DNA of 64,000 bases from Raja brachyura. Its lineage: Eukaryota. Position 1 is the stretch's first letter, and every line of letters starts with the position of its first letter. Both the position numbers and the translations under genes were made by a program. This document shows positions 63,744-64,000 of this stretch, in pieces. The notes beneath the pieces were generated by a model, which worked only from the letters and a program-made list of their open reading frames with translations, had not been told where the DNA came from and searched no databases. The stretch spans positions 12,400,001 through 12,464,000 of the forward strand of contig OY740803.1 of the NCBI GenBank assembly GCA_963514005.1, read 5' to 3'.

Positions 63744-64000
63744 CCTGAAAGCTTTGTGCCTTAATGCAAGTAGCATTCGTAATAAGGTGGATAGATTGAA
63801 TGTGCAGTTAGTAATTAAGGAATATGATATAGTTGGAATTACAGAGACATGGCTCCAGGGTGACCAAGGCTAGGAGTTAAACATGCAGGGGTGTTCATTA
63901 TTCAGGAAGGACTGACAGAAAGGAAGAGAAGGTGGGGTGGCATTGCTGGTTATAGAGGAGACAAATGCAAAAGCAAGGAGAGACATTAGCTTGGATGCTG
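63744..64000 (+). pseudogene. CR1 ORF2 N-terminus (APE endonuclease), runs off the window
   Basis: LKALCLNASSIRNK..YDIVGITETWL..GGVALLV with in-frame stops. Confidence 0.85.

Overview
Vertebrate, repeat-dense, non-coding DNA. The repeat families (HE1-like tRNA SINEs, HER1/CR1 LINEs) point to a cartilaginous fish, probably a skate or ray; this is inferred from the repeats only. No intact host protein-coding gene is recognisable, only a candidate spliced exon pair at 31.6-32.1 kb. The window holds four DIRS1-like tyrosine-recombinase retroelements (one near full length), many CR1, Rex1/Babar-like, L1, Tx1, RTE-like and Penelope fragments, about 11 HE1-like SINEs, six PIF/Harbinger-like MITEs, minisatellites and three N-gaps. 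Main leads: (1) a 142-bp TSD-flanked retroposon whose 5' end folds into a 54-nt minimal HDV/CPEB3-like ribozyme; (2) three MITE insertions at the same TTA of the HE1 SINE head; (3) about 15 dispersed Penelope terminal repeats carrying minimal hammerhead motifs; (4) a DIRS cluster with internally deleted copies that keep all cis elements. Repeat boundaries were read by eye and are approximate unless a TSD is quoted.
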